A stretch of DNA of 64,000 nt from Pseudomonadota bacterium (GTDB lineage Bacteria > Pseudomonadota > Gammaproteobacteria > UBA4575): contig JBCDBX010000003.1 in NCBI GenBank assembly GCA_039182865.1, positions 1,343 through 65,342 of the forward strand, given 5' to 3'. Shown here piece after piece: positions 29,471 to 39,380 of the stretch (position 1 is the stretch's first letter; every line of letters starts with the position of its first letter). The notes below the pieces were generated by a model. That model ran no database searches. It had not been told where the DNA came from and saw only the letters and a program-made list of their open reading frames with translations. A program made the translations under genes and the position numbers.

Positions 29471-32400
29471 CTGCTAAATTTTGAATTGCTGGATAGTTTA
29501 ACTTACCTGTGCCCAGCACGGGAATTTCTTTTAACACTAAAATCTCTCTTGGCACCATCAATTCACTGCCACCGCGTTGTGAAAAATATTCTTGTATAGA
29601 CTTCCTATCAGCATACTGTTGGGTCGTGACCAATATTAATTTTTCACCTTTTCGCTCATCTGACACTGCACATACACAGTGCTGTTCATGCGGCCACAAA
29701 GCACCAATCCAGCCTTCAACTTGCGTTAAAGAAATCATCTCACCGCCAATTTTCGCAAATCGTTTAGCTCGGCCCAGTATAGTAAGAAAGCCCTCATTAT
29801 CAATATCGACAATGTCACCCGTATCATGCCAACCTTCACTAGGGGGCTGAAGAATTCCTGGTTTATCCGCCTTTAGGTAACCCAACATGATATTGCAGCC
29901 ATTCACAAACAGTCGCCCTCCATGATCAATACCCGGTACACTTTCTAACTTTGCATTGATACCAGGAAATAAGCGCCCAACTGATCCCTCTTTATAATGG
30001 CTGTAGTTATTAATGCTAAGCGCAGGTGAGGTTTCGGTGACGCCGTAGCCCTCAAATATTCGTACGCCAAATTTTGCCATCCACTTTTCTCGAGTCGATT
30101 GCTTTAACTTTTCAGCACCTGCAATCACATAACGGGTAAATTGAAAGTCTTCGTTATCACCATGTTTAGCGTAACCGCTAAGAAAGGTATCCGTACCAAA
30201 TATCACCGTCGTTTGAGTGTCATAGACTAGCTCCGGCACTATTTTATAATGCAGTGGTGAAGGATATAAAAATGTTCTAATTCCACATGAGATAGGCAAC
30301 ACTAGCCCTACTCCAAGACCAAATGAATGAAATACGGGCAAAGCATTAAAAAAACGATCCCTAGATGAAAAGTCTAAGCATGCCCTGACTTGTGCTTGAT
30401 TCGATAACAAATTTTTATGACTTAATACTACACCTTTGGGAGTGCCCTCTGAGCCTGAAGTAAATAATACAACTGCTGCATCTTCCGGTCTGCGTTGCTT
30501 AGTAAATATCCCCCATTTAGTTTTAGCTTTAAATAAGCCGACAAGTTTATCTACAAGACCAATACTCTGTTTTACATCCTCAAGATAAACTAAATTGACT
30601 TTTTGCTTGAGACTTTCTTCTAAGACTTCAAGCTGTGCCAATTCAATAAACTTGCGCGAGGTTAATACGGTTTTTATTTCTGCTGTTTCTATCGCCGATA
30701 AAACACTATCTTTACCTGCAGTAAAATTAAGCATTGCTGGCACAGCACCAATATTTTGTAGCGCATAAAAAGTGACAGCTGTCGGAATTGCATTGGGCAA
30801 TAAGACCCCTGTATTTTCACCAGATTCTGCATATCGACTCAAGCTTCTACCTAATACAATAGATCCCAAAAGCAGCTTATTCAATGTAATAGGGTTACGC
30901 TGAATATCATCTAATATTTCAAAATTTCCACCCTTTAACTTAATAGAGTCTGTTAGTACACGAAATAAAGTGGTATCAGTATTTGTTGTCTGATATATAC
31001 AATCAGTCATCACATCATAAACGACTCTGCGTAATGCACGCTTCTTTGCCTCGCCATGTAAATCCCGGGAGATATTAATTTCTGCTGGCGGACAGATTGT
31101 TATAGTGATCTTTGGGAGTACTCTTTGCTTAACCAGACCTTTGAGTCTTCCAAATCCCGTGAGATGAGCACCATCGATTCTTACAGGGATAAATTTTGCT
31201 CTACCTAATTCGGCTATTTTTCCTGGGCCTTCGTAAATCTTCATTAGACTACCCGTATTAGTGATGCGACCTTCTGGAAAAATAACAACTCTCCTACCAT
31301 CGCGAAGCATCTTAATTAAGCTTTTGATTGCCATTGGCTGGGAAGAATCCAAAGGGAACATCTCAAAAAATTGAGTGAATATTTTAACCCACCATCTTTT
31401 ATTAACATCTGTGTTAATCGCAAACACAGGCATATCAGGCAAATAGCTCATCAACAAAGGTCCATCTAAAAAAGAAGTATGATTAGAGACAATCACATAA
31501 TGACCTTTATCATTGGGATAATTCTCTAATCCCCGAACATCTACCCTATATAAAAGTTTAAATAGTATTCGTCCAAAAGTTTTCATTGAATCACTAGGAA
31601 TAATTTTCATAATGAATAACGCTACCAAAAAATTAAGTATTGCCAACATCCAAAATAAATCTGGGATAGTAAATCCTTGTTTCAAAACTAAGATAACAAG
31701 AATAGAAGCCATCACCATAAACAAGGCATTTGAAATGTTATTCGCAGCGACAGTCCTTGAGCGACGTTTGTTTTCGACTCGTTTTTGTAAAAGCGTATAT
31801 AGAGGAACGATATAAAATCCCGCCGATACCGCCAACACCAACATGTCAATGAATGCACGCCAATGTTGTGGATGTTTTATGAATTCATTTAAAGTGTAAT
31901 GAGCATTAGGACTAGAATGCTGTGATATTTGCTCACTTGCCAAATACAAATCGAGACTAAATATTGACATCAGTATCGCTGCCAATGGTACATACCTAGC
32001 ACTGATATCACCTTTTAAAATTCGGCTACACAATAGCGAACCGATGCCTATACCTATAGTAAACATCACCAATGCAAAAACTGCCACATCCTCGTTGCCA
32101 TGATATACATCAGCAATAAGAGGATTAATCTGCGACTGCATCACATATCCCAAAAACCAGAACCAAGATATGCCGAAAATTAATCGTTTAATGTCCCAAC
32201 GATCAGTTCCTAATTTATAAATATCATAAGTTTGTTTAAAGACATTGGCACTTAGGTGTATAGAGGGATTAGCACTTACCAACTTTGGAATTAAAAAACT
32301 AATTGACCATCCTAATCCCGCGCACACAAGAAGGACAATTGCTATATTTTTTGAGCCTTCATTACCTAAGATTAATAAACCGCCAACAATAGTTCCCAAT

Positions 32401-32873
32401 AATATTGATAAGAAAGTACCCGCTTCAATTAAAGCATTACCCGATAGCAGTTCTTTATCTTTAAGCAATTCTGGAAGAATTCCGTATTTAGAAGGACCAA
32501 ATAACGCAGACTGCAAACCTGTTAACATTAAGCACATAAATAAAAGGACTACATCATCTTTCATAAATGCATATGCTGCAGTTAAAAGTACTAGCATTTC
32601 AAATGCTTTGATGTAACGAATTAGGCGATTCTTTTCATACTTATCAGCTAAAAGACCACCAAATGCAGAAAAAAGAAAGAAAGGCAGAATAAACAAGCCT
32701 GCAGCTGCCATGTTTAATATAGATGCTTGCATACCTAGCTCTGTTGCAAACTTATATGTGATCAAAATCAGCAGTGCTGATTTAAAAACATTATCAGTAA
32801 ATGCACCTAGAAATTGCACGCAAAACATTGGCGCAAATCGCTTGGTAAAAAGTAAAAAGAATAATTGACTCAC
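29451..32873 (-). CDS. aas: three-domain fusion: MFS lysophospholipid transporter (LplT-like) + PlsC-type acyltransferase + acyl-ACP synthetase (Aas)
   Basis: 1140 aa. The N-terminal ~420 aa are a polytopic MFS domain. The acyltransferase motifs are NHTSFLDG (HX4D) and FPEGRIT. The adenylate-forming motifs are LFTSGSEGTPKGVVLSHKN, GYGVTETS and GWHDTGD…GRAKRFAKIGGEMISL. Confidence 0.9.
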   Translation of the reverse strand: MSQLFFLLFTKRFAPMFCVQFLGAFTDNVFKSALLILITYKFATELGMQASILNMAAAGLFILPFFLFSAFGGLLADKYEKNRLIRYIKAFEMLVLLTAAYAFMKDDVVLLFMCLMLTGLQSALFGPSKYGILPELLKDKELLSGNALIEAGTFLSILLGTIVGGLLILGNEGSKNIAIVLLVCAGLGWSISFLIPKLVSANPSIHLSANVFKQTYDIYKLGTDRWDIKRLIFGISWFWFLGYVMQSQINPLIADVYHGNEDVAVFALVMFTIGIGIGSLLCSRILKGDISARYVPLAAILMSIFSLDLYLASEQISQHSSPNAHYTLNEFIKHPQHWRAFIDMLVLAVSAGFYIVPLYTLLQKRVENKRRSRTVAANNISNALFMVMASILVILVLKQGFTIPDLFWMLAILNFLVALFIMKIIPSDSMKTFGRILFKLLYRVDVRGLENYPNDKGHYVIVSNHTSFLDGPLLMSYLPDMPVFAINTDVNKRWWVKIFTQFFEMFPLDSSQPMAIKSLIKMLRDGRRVVIFPEGRITNTGSLMKIYEGPGKIAELGRAKFIPVRIDGAHLTGFGRLKGLVKQRVLPKITITICPPAEINISRDLHGEAKKRALRRVVYDVMTDCIYQTTNTDTTLFRVLTDSIKLKGGNFEILDDIQRNPITLNKLLLGSIVLGRSLSRYAESGENTGVLLPNAIPTAVTFYALQNIGAVPAMLNFTAGKDSVLSAIETAEIKTVLTSRKFIELAQLEVLEESLKQKVNLVYLEDVKQSIGLVDKLVGLFKAKTKWGIFTKQRRPEDAAVVLFTSGSEGTPKGVVLSHKNLLSNQAQVRACLDFSSRDRFFNALPVFHSFGLGVGLVLPISCGIRTFLYPSPLHYKIVPELVYDTQTTVIFGTDTFLSGYAKHGDNEDFQFTRYVIAGAEKLKQSTREKWMAKFGVRIFEGYGVTETSPALSINNYSHYKEGSVGRLFPGINAKLESVPGIDHGGRLFVNGCNIMLGYLKADKPGILQPPSEGWHDTGDIVDIDNEGFLTILGRAKRFAKIGGEMISLTQVEGWIGALWPHEQHCVCAVSDERKGEKLILVTTQQYADRKSIQEYFSQRGGSELMVPREILVLKEIPVLGTGKLNYPAIQNLADENYAS

Positions 32874-32985
32874 TACTTATAATCCTGTATTTCTACAACT
32901 CGTTATAAATATTTTCTAGTTAAAACTATTATGGCACGGATCAATCAAGCTTAATATATAAGTATACGATTTGTAGGAGAAAGCT

Positions 32986-33297
32986 ATGCATGCTGTAACT
33001 AACCGGGTATTTGTTCATCCTGATTGGCATAAAGAATTTGAACAACGCTTTCAGAAGCGTGCAGGACAAATTGATAAACAAAATGGCTTTAAGCGTATGC
33101 AAATTTTACGGCCATGCTCAGATGATGCGCCATATCTAGTTTATACAGAGTGGGAAAATGAAGATGCTTTTAAGTCATGGGTAGGAAGCGAAGACTTTAA
33201 GATTGCTCATCAGAATCCTATGCCTGAGGAAGCCTTTTCAGGGAAAGGTGGACTTGAGCAACATACTGTAATTATTTCTACTGAGAAGGCCAATTAA
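32986..33297 (+). CDS. antibiotic-biosynthesis-monooxygenase (ABM/IsdG-like) domain protein
   Basis: 103 aa with a ferredoxin-like ABM pattern (…GF.RMQILRP…YLVYTEWENEDAFKSWVGSEDFK.AH). Confidence 0.65.
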   Translation: MHAVTNRVFVHPDWHKEFEQRFQKRAGQIDKQNGFKRMQILRPCSDDAPYLVYTEWENEDAFKSWVGSEDFKIAHQNPMPEEAFSGKGGLEQHTVIISTEKAN

Positions 33298-33363
33298 TAA
33301 GACTTTAACTACAACTTATTCATTAAGATTATAAATTTAATTCATTGAAATATTTGCTGGATT

Positions 33364-36300
33364 TTACTTATAGCTATTCAGAAGACTACGCATTGTATTG
33401 GTATCAAATTTAATACGTAATTTTGCAAATGGTCCATCAGCTGTATATTCGGCACCACTGAAGTCATCGTCCTCAAACCCATCAAAATTATATCCAAGAC
33501 TCACCCAAACATTTTGATAAACATTGACACCTACCGATGGGCCAAATGAATATCTAAAGTTCTCAGAGTTGCTTGAATTCAAAATAGAGGTTTGGAAAGA
33601 AAGGTCAACACGACGATGAATATCATAACGATATCTAAAACCAAGTAATTGAGTAAAACCATCAAACTCATCACCATCGATATCATCAAGCACATATTTG
33701 GCACCCCAATGTATGCCTAATTGATGCAGATCATCAACAGTATAATTTAAGTTAAGATTATTAATTAGTGATCTTGAACGAATATCTAATGAATCACTTA
33801 CATCTTCACTAAATGAAAATTCTAAACGATTTAATATCGTATATGGACTATGGTCAGGTCTAAACGCAAGTGCATATGTCGCATCAGCAGTAACATTATT
33901 GCCACCGCCTTTTGTATCTGTTTCAAATATCTGAGTATCAAACGACATGCCTAAGCCTGTAAACTCTTCGCTATAGAGACCAAACAAGACACCGCGTTGT
34001 ATATCTGTGTCACTGGTACGATACTCCATCCTAGACGCTGCCGACCAATTTGTTTGCACATAATTCGCACCAAGAGAAAGCGCAGTAAAATCACCTGACA
34101 CACTTCCTGATGATAATGGAACGTTGTCATTAAATGGTGTTACACCCTCATCATTCAATGTATCCAATCTGTCAACACTGACATCTAATGACAAATGATC
34201 GTTGTATTGCCAGCCTTGCGTCAAACCCAAATTACTAAACAAGCGTTTTCCATTCTCACCTGATTGCTGTTCTACACTGGTATTAATTTCAGCCTGACTC
34301 CAAGGAATTAAACGTGTTCCAATCCGTGTTGTATTGGTATCCTGATCTTCACCTTGGGTATACTCATGTTCAGTAAATAATTCAGAAATTTCATTTAATT
34401 TATAATCCGCACCTGCAATATAACGTGTAGGATAATCAACAGAGTTGTCTGAGTTTACATCTATCTCGGCATTGGCACGCAAATTAAGTCTATTATCCAT
34501 TAACCTCTTTGCAGCTCCTGCGGTAACGAGTACAGATTCTCTATCTTCCTGTTGTGATAATTCATCTTTTGCATATGCCAAACCGGCAGCAAGACCATAT
34601 CCATTTTTATTATAGTTGAGCTCAACGTCTGCAACCGTACGTTTATTATTGTCAGATAAAACCTCATCACGAAATGCCTGACCATTGACTTCTACTGATT
34701 CATTAACACGATATCTCAGATCTGCACCATATCGTTCAGCACCATCATTGTTCTGACTTTGTTGATCTAAACCAAACCCTTCATCTTGCCTGCGGTAATA
34801 CACCAATGTATTGATTTTTTCTGTGCGGTGTTCTACTTCGGCCAATAACGCATCATTATTTTCATCACCATCTCCTGTATCAACACTACTGCGTGCTGCC
34901 TCTAAACGTACTTGAGTCTGCTCAGAAACGTTATATTCAAAATCTGCGCCAATAAGATCACCATCGGCATCTTCATCGCCCTGAGTAATAGCACTGATTC
35001 CGACTTCTATGCCGCGCTCTTTATCATATAAAGCAGCACGAATTCCGGCAGTTAATTCCTTATCTCCAGAGTTCTCTACTTCATAATCTGCAACAATAAA
35101 AACTGGATTAAAGTTTTGGTCGCGACTTGGGATCGGCTGTTTAAAGAATATCGTGCCATTATTAGTATCAATCGTGTAATCAACAAATTGTGTCAGTTGC
35201 ACATCACTGATAATTATATTGGGCTGAAATCTATCGCGTGTCACAATTGATACCTGCTCACTATTAATCACAATATCATTGTTCGATAACTGATATAGCC
35301 CCGAGGTACCATTCCCTTGAATTTCATCTTGCACAAATCTTTGATCGGTTTCAGACGCAAATGCATTAAAGCCAAATCGATTCCCCTCATATTCTGCTTT
35401 AGCGCCCGTTAAACTTCGTGTATATCTAGAGAGTTCTGTCACATCCATGTCTGTATTAAAATCACCAAATAAAGTATAAAACTGATTCTTCTCAAGTCTT
35501 ACATATAGCTTATCAGAGCTTGCGGCATCAAATTGTTGTTCAGTCGCATCTCCATAAAGCGTGTAATATTCATCTGGTGCGATTGTTTGGAATAACCTGT
35601 CATCTCTCTCGTCATCTCCACGTTCAGAGTCATAAGCCAGTGTCAACAACCATTCACCTTTAACCTGACCTTTGGCATAAAAGGCTAGGCGACCATCCTC
35701 ATAAAAATCTTCTTCAATATTATTATCACTTAAAGCACGCGCATTGCCAGAGACATTGTTATAACCTGTAGACCCCTCTGCAAGTCCAACTAAGATCCAT
35801 TCTTTTTGGACAGCTTGAATCCATGCATCTATAGATTCTTCTCGATCGTCAATAAATAAAAAATCTAGCGTTAGCTTACCGCCTAAAGTTGAAGGTTCAA
35901 TATCGATAAATGCGATACCATCTTGCTCAACTTTATATGTCAATCTACTAGAAGTAAGGCCATTCAAAGGTTGTTTGTCTAGCTCTCTTGTCTCTTGAAG
36001 CGACGTATAACCTTGAGAAAGTCCGTATTCGCCAATGATTTCTGGGCGTGCAGGGTAACCCCATTTGTCGAAAAACTTGACGGCAAGAACAATGGGGTTC
36101 TTACCATCTGCGATCAACCTTGAATATTCCGGAACTAACTGTGCTTTAATAGGCTGTCCAGAATAATGTATTGTTTGAGTAACCTGCTCCAACTGAATAT
36201 CATCTTCGCTATACGTGGTAGCAACAAAAACATTATCACCCTCTACAAGATCAACACCCTTCCAGCGATCAATTAATTTCTTCTTATCAGAACTAGTCGT

Positions 36301-39300
36301 TCTAGAATCAAAATTAAGTGCACTGACTTCTTTACCATTAAGCTCTAATTTTAGTTTTGTATTTACAGCACGCTTAATCTCAATCTGTATCGCGTTGATA
36401 AAAGGATTATAATTATCTCTGGGTGATAACCATTGCAATGAGTCATCCTGCTGATTCAACCATGTGACTGTAAACTCTGCTTCTTCAGCAACTGGCAAAC
36501 TCTCCCTTGGATGTACATAGTCACCAATCAACTCGTGTTTATTTAATAACTCTTGCTCACTCTTGTTGTTAGTGTTTCTGACAAATTTATCATCACCATC
36601 GATGATTATAGTATTCTCGATCACAGGAGATTGTGAGTTCAAGTTGCCCTCATGGTCATAAGTTAGCAAAAACTCTGTTTTATATTCACCATTAGCAAGA
36701 GATGGCATTTTTGCACTCAGTTCTAACACATACGTCCAATCACTGGTTTGTGGCACTCCAAGACTTATATTCAATGTCCCAAATAAGTTTCTCGCTTCAT
36801 AACCACTTTTACCATTCACCTTTATACTATCTTGAATAAATTTAAACTCACTAGGCAATATCACACTCGCATTAATATTACCTAAAGGCTGTTGTATACC
36901 TTGTAGCGTCATCGTATATCTAACTAGATCATTAAGTACTACACTATCAATCTGGGTATGTAATTTTCCTTTTTCTGGTGGTTTTTCTTTTAAGTAAAAA
37001 TTTGAACGCCATAACAATCCTGCATCGATATCCGCAAACTGTGACATCTTTGAACCGGCAGTACGCGTATTTTGCACACATTCTTGTATTTCTAGATGAT
37101 TAGGTATACTACTAGGATCAATTTGAATAACATGTGTCCCTGGCTCTAGCCCTTCAAAGTGGTACATCCCTCTTTGGTCTGTTAATACATATCGGCCATC
37201 TTCTAAAACCAAGCGTATCCCCTCAACGCCTTTCATTGTTGGTATGCCAACGAACTTAACTCTACCCTTGGCTTTTGATTTTTTAACAAATAGTTTTTTA
37301 CTTTCGCTATCTGATGAAGAATTAAATGTGTATATCGTATTAATAATATCGTAATGACTCTCAAATTTAGCTTCTGATTCACTTACTTTTAAATAGGCTT
37401 CAATAACGTACTGACCAGTTTTCTCGTTGCTCACTTTAGTACTAAATGTGAGTCTTATAGAATCTAGCTGTGTATCACTTCCTAAAATATATTTAAGGCT
37501 ACCTGATTGTATAATTGGCTCTGATATTTTCTTGTTATTCAATTCTGAGGAATCTGGAACATAGCTAAGGCCATCTGGTAAGTTGAAATTAACCTCAATT
37601 GGATAATCTAGGTTCGGTAACTTTGAGATGCTTAATTCATTAAGTAATTTATCGCCAACTTTTTCAGTCAACATGTGATAAGTAGCACTCCCATAATCAA
37701 TTTTATTTTCATTTTTACATGTCCCCTCAGTGACGGTACCAATCAAGAAACTCTTTGAAGAAATCAAATCATCTTGTACATCAACGACGGCTTGCGCATC
37801 TCTAGATCTGAACCCAACAGAATCTGTAGCAAATACAGTATTTATAGCATTACCAAACGGAGTACCTGAAGAAACTTCTACAACATATTTAACTGTAACG
37901 GTCTCACCCGATGGGATATCGCCCAATGCAATAGTAATCGAAGTGCCATTATTGGCAATATTAGGATCTGCTTGCTTAACGCTATCGAATTGCAAAGAGT
38001 CTTTTTGATATCTAAAGCCAGTAGGTAGAGAATCTAAAAGATTTACGTCAATAGCTGAATTACTTGAATTGTTGTTAGTGACTGTGATCTGGTACTGCAA
38101 AAAGTCTCCAATGCCGACAACGTCTTTTGAAGCTTGTTTACTAACAAAAAGTACATCACTGATTGGGTCAATAGGAATATCAACATGTAGTGGCGGACCA
38201 ACGACTAATGGAAAATCCAATCCAAATGATGCATTAGCATCTAGAGAAAACGGAGCATTTGGTAATGTTTGTAAGGTTGCGATGCTGACGGTAGATGGAA
38301 TAACAAAATCATCGGCCGTGACTTCAAGTCTATATGTACCCGCTGCAACGAATGGAAACCGATATTCACCCGCAGCAAATGTAAAAGTTGCACCCGAACC
38401 ATCTGTCACATCATTACCGGTGACCATGGTTGAAGGATATGAAATTGTTCCAGCAGGATCTGAAAATACTGTTGCGGGTAAACCTGTTATCGCATCAATC
38501 AATGTGATAGTAAGTCCACTTACAGGCGCACCATTGTCACTGCTGAAGACAATACCGAATGGATCAATAAGTACTCTTTCTGATGCAGCATCAGTTACAT
38601 CAAAAGCATCTATATAATCTATTGTAATCGTATCACCCGATTCAACCGCAAACTGGCAGTCAAATATAGCAATTGGTGTTTCTACTGTTTGGATAAAGCC
38701 AACAAATTCGCCTGTATTATTCCCTGTTTCCATCAACTCAATGACTTCACGGTCATTAGTTGCATCTGAGCTGATGTTAATTACAAGCAGATCTGGAATA
38801 TTTATATCAAAGTTTCTGTTGGCGTCAGTGACCTTGATAAAAATAGGATTGCCGCTGCTAATCGAAGGAGCCGGCAATAAATTAACTGGGTTTGAAATAT
38901 CTATCGTACCTACTAATGGATAAGTTGGATTTGGCAATGGTGTGAATGTGCCTGTGTTTCCAACACTACAACCTGTTGGCGAAACATCACCATTAAGACC
39001 ATCCCCATTTGGTGAAAATTGTAATATCTCAAGAGTGGCGTCACTAAATATTATTGATGTTGTAACATCAACCGTATTGGAATTTCGAGTTTGCGGCGTA
39101 GCAGATACATCATAATTTGCAACCGCAGTGTTAGAAATGACGGTACCAGGTGGTACCGCAAAGAGAGTGTTTGAAGAAGAAATAAACAAAAAAACAGCAC
39201 ACAATAAAAGCAGTAAAGCCTGTTGTACTTTAAAGTATTCAACAGGCTTGATGGCTTTTTTATTTGCCTTCCGCGCACACTCATGACACGGATATTGTCT

Positions 39301-39318
39301 AGTTGCAGTCCTTTGCAT
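33364..39318 (-). CDS. giant secreted protein: N-terminal DUF11 / Cna-B (carboxypeptidase-regulatory-like) Ig-fold repeats plus a C-terminal ~800-aa predicted outer-membrane beta-barrel
   Basis: 1984 aa.
- Signal peptide: …LLLLLCAVFLFISSSNTLFA.
- DUF11-type segment: VSKQASKDVVGIGDFLQYQITVTNNNSSNSAIDVNLLDSLPTGF.
- Cna-B-like segments: GLTITLIDAITG…GEYRF…AGTYRLEV and GIRLVLEDGRYVLTDQRGMYHFEGLEPGTHVI.
- From about aa 1180 to the end there are dense alternating-polarity strands with aromatic girdle residues (…LAFYAKGQVKGEWLLTLAYDS…GADLRYRVNESVEVNGQAF…VSLGYNFDGFED…GPFAKLRIKFD). Confidence 0.8.
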   Translation of the reverse strand: MQRTATRQYPCHECARKANKKAIKPVEYFKVQQALLLLLCAVFLFISSSNTLFAVPPGTVISNTAVANYDVSATPQTRNSNTVDVTTSIIFSDATLEILQFSPNGDGLNGDVSPTGCSVGNTGTFTPLPNPTYPLVGTIDISNPVNLLPAPSISSGNPIFIKVTDANRNFDINIPDLLVINISSDATNDREVIELMETGNNTGEFVGFIQTVETPIAIFDCQFAVESGDTITIDYIDAFDVTDAASERVLIDPFGIVFSSDNGAPVSGLTITLIDAITGLPATVFSDPAGTISYPSTMVTGNDVTDGSGATFTFAAGEYRFPFVAAGTYRLEVTADDFVIPSTVSIATLQTLPNAPFSLDANASFGLDFPLVVGPPLHVDIPIDPISDVLFVSKQASKDVVGIGDFLQYQITVTNNNSSNSAIDVNLLDSLPTGFRYQKDSLQFDSVKQADPNIANNGTSITIALGDIPSGETVTVKYVVEVSSGTPFGNAINTVFATDSVGFRSRDAQAVVDVQDDLISSKSFLIGTVTEGTCKNENKIDYGSATYHMLTEKVGDKLLNELSISKLPNLDYPIEVNFNLPDGLSYVPDSSELNNKKISEPIIQSGSLKYILGSDTQLDSIRLTFSTKVSNEKTGQYVIEAYLKVSESEAKFESHYDIINTIYTFNSSSDSESKKLFVKKSKAKGRVKFVGIPTMKGVEGIRLVLEDGRYVLTDQRGMYHFEGLEPGTHVIQIDPSSIPNHLEIQECVQNTRTAGSKMSQFADIDAGLLWRSNFYLKEKPPEKGKLHTQIDSVVLNDLVRYTMTLQGIQQPLGNINASVILPSEFKFIQDSIKVNGKSGYEARNLFGTLNISLGVPQTSDWTYVLELSAKMPSLANGEYKTEFLLTYDHEGNLNSQSPVIENTIIIDGDDKFVRNTNNKSEQELLNKHELIGDYVHPRESLPVAEEAEFTVTWLNQQDDSLQWLSPRDNYNPFINAIQIEIKRAVNTKLKLELNGKEVSALNFDSRTTSSDKKKLIDRWKGVDLVEGDNVFVATTYSEDDIQLEQVTQTIHYSGQPIKAQLVPEYSRLIADGKNPIVLAVKFFDKWGYPARPEIIGEYGLSQGYTSLQETRELDKQPLNGLTSSRLTYKVEQDGIAFIDIEPSTLGGKLTLDFLFIDDREESIDAWIQAVQKEWILVGLAEGSTGYNNVSGNARALSDNNIEEDFYEDGRLAFYAKGQVKGEWLLTLAYDSERGDDERDDRLFQTIAPDEYYTLYGDATEQQFDAASSDKLYVRLEKNQFYTLFGDFNTDMDVTELSRYTRSLTGAKAEYEGNRFGFNAFASETDQRFVQDEIQGNGTSGLYQLSNNDIVINSEQVSIVTRDRFQPNIIISDVQLTQFVDYTIDTNNGTIFFKQPIPSRDQNFNPVFIVADYEVENSGDKELTAGIRAALYDKERGIEVGISAITQGDEDADGDLIGADFEYNVSEQTQVRLEAARSSVDTGDGDENNDALLAEVEHRTEKINTLVYYRRQDEGFGLDQQSQNNDGAERYGADLRYRVNESVEVNGQAFRDEVLSDNNKRTVADVELNYNKNGYGLAAGLAYAKDELSQQEDRESVLVTAGAAKRLMDNRLNLRANAEIDVNSDNSVDYPTRYIAGADYKLNEISELFTEHEYTQGEDQDTNTTRIGTRLIPWSQAEINTSVEQQSGENGKRLFSNLGLTQGWQYNDHLSLDVSVDRLDTLNDEGVTPFNDNVPLSSGSVSGDFTALSLGANYVQTNWSAASRMEYRTSDTDIQRGVLFGLYSEEFTGLGMSFDTQIFETDTKGGGNNVTADATYALAFRPDHSPYTILNRLEFSFSEDVSDSLDIRSRSLINNLNLNYTVDDLHQLGIHWGAKYVLDDIDGDEFDGFTQLLGFRYRYDIHRRVDLSFQTSILNSSNSENFRYSFGPSVGVNVYQNVWVSLGYNFDGFEDDDFSGAEYTADGPFAKLRIKFDTNTMRSLLNSYK

Positions 39319-39325
39319 TAATGAG

Positions 39326-39350
39326 ATGCGCGGACTTCATGTCCGCGCAT
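39326..39350 (-). terminator. GC-rich intra-operon hairpin (attenuator/mRNA stabiliser) between the 352-aa gene and the giant gene
   Basis: 10-bp perfect inverted repeat ATGCGCGGAC / GTCCGCGCAT with a 5-nt loop. It is strikingly GC-rich in an AT-rich context. It lies 31 nt after the upstream stop and 8 nt before the downstream ATG. Confidence 0.6.
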
Positions 39351-39380
39351 TCCTAAACTTAGGAGTTGTTACATTATTTA

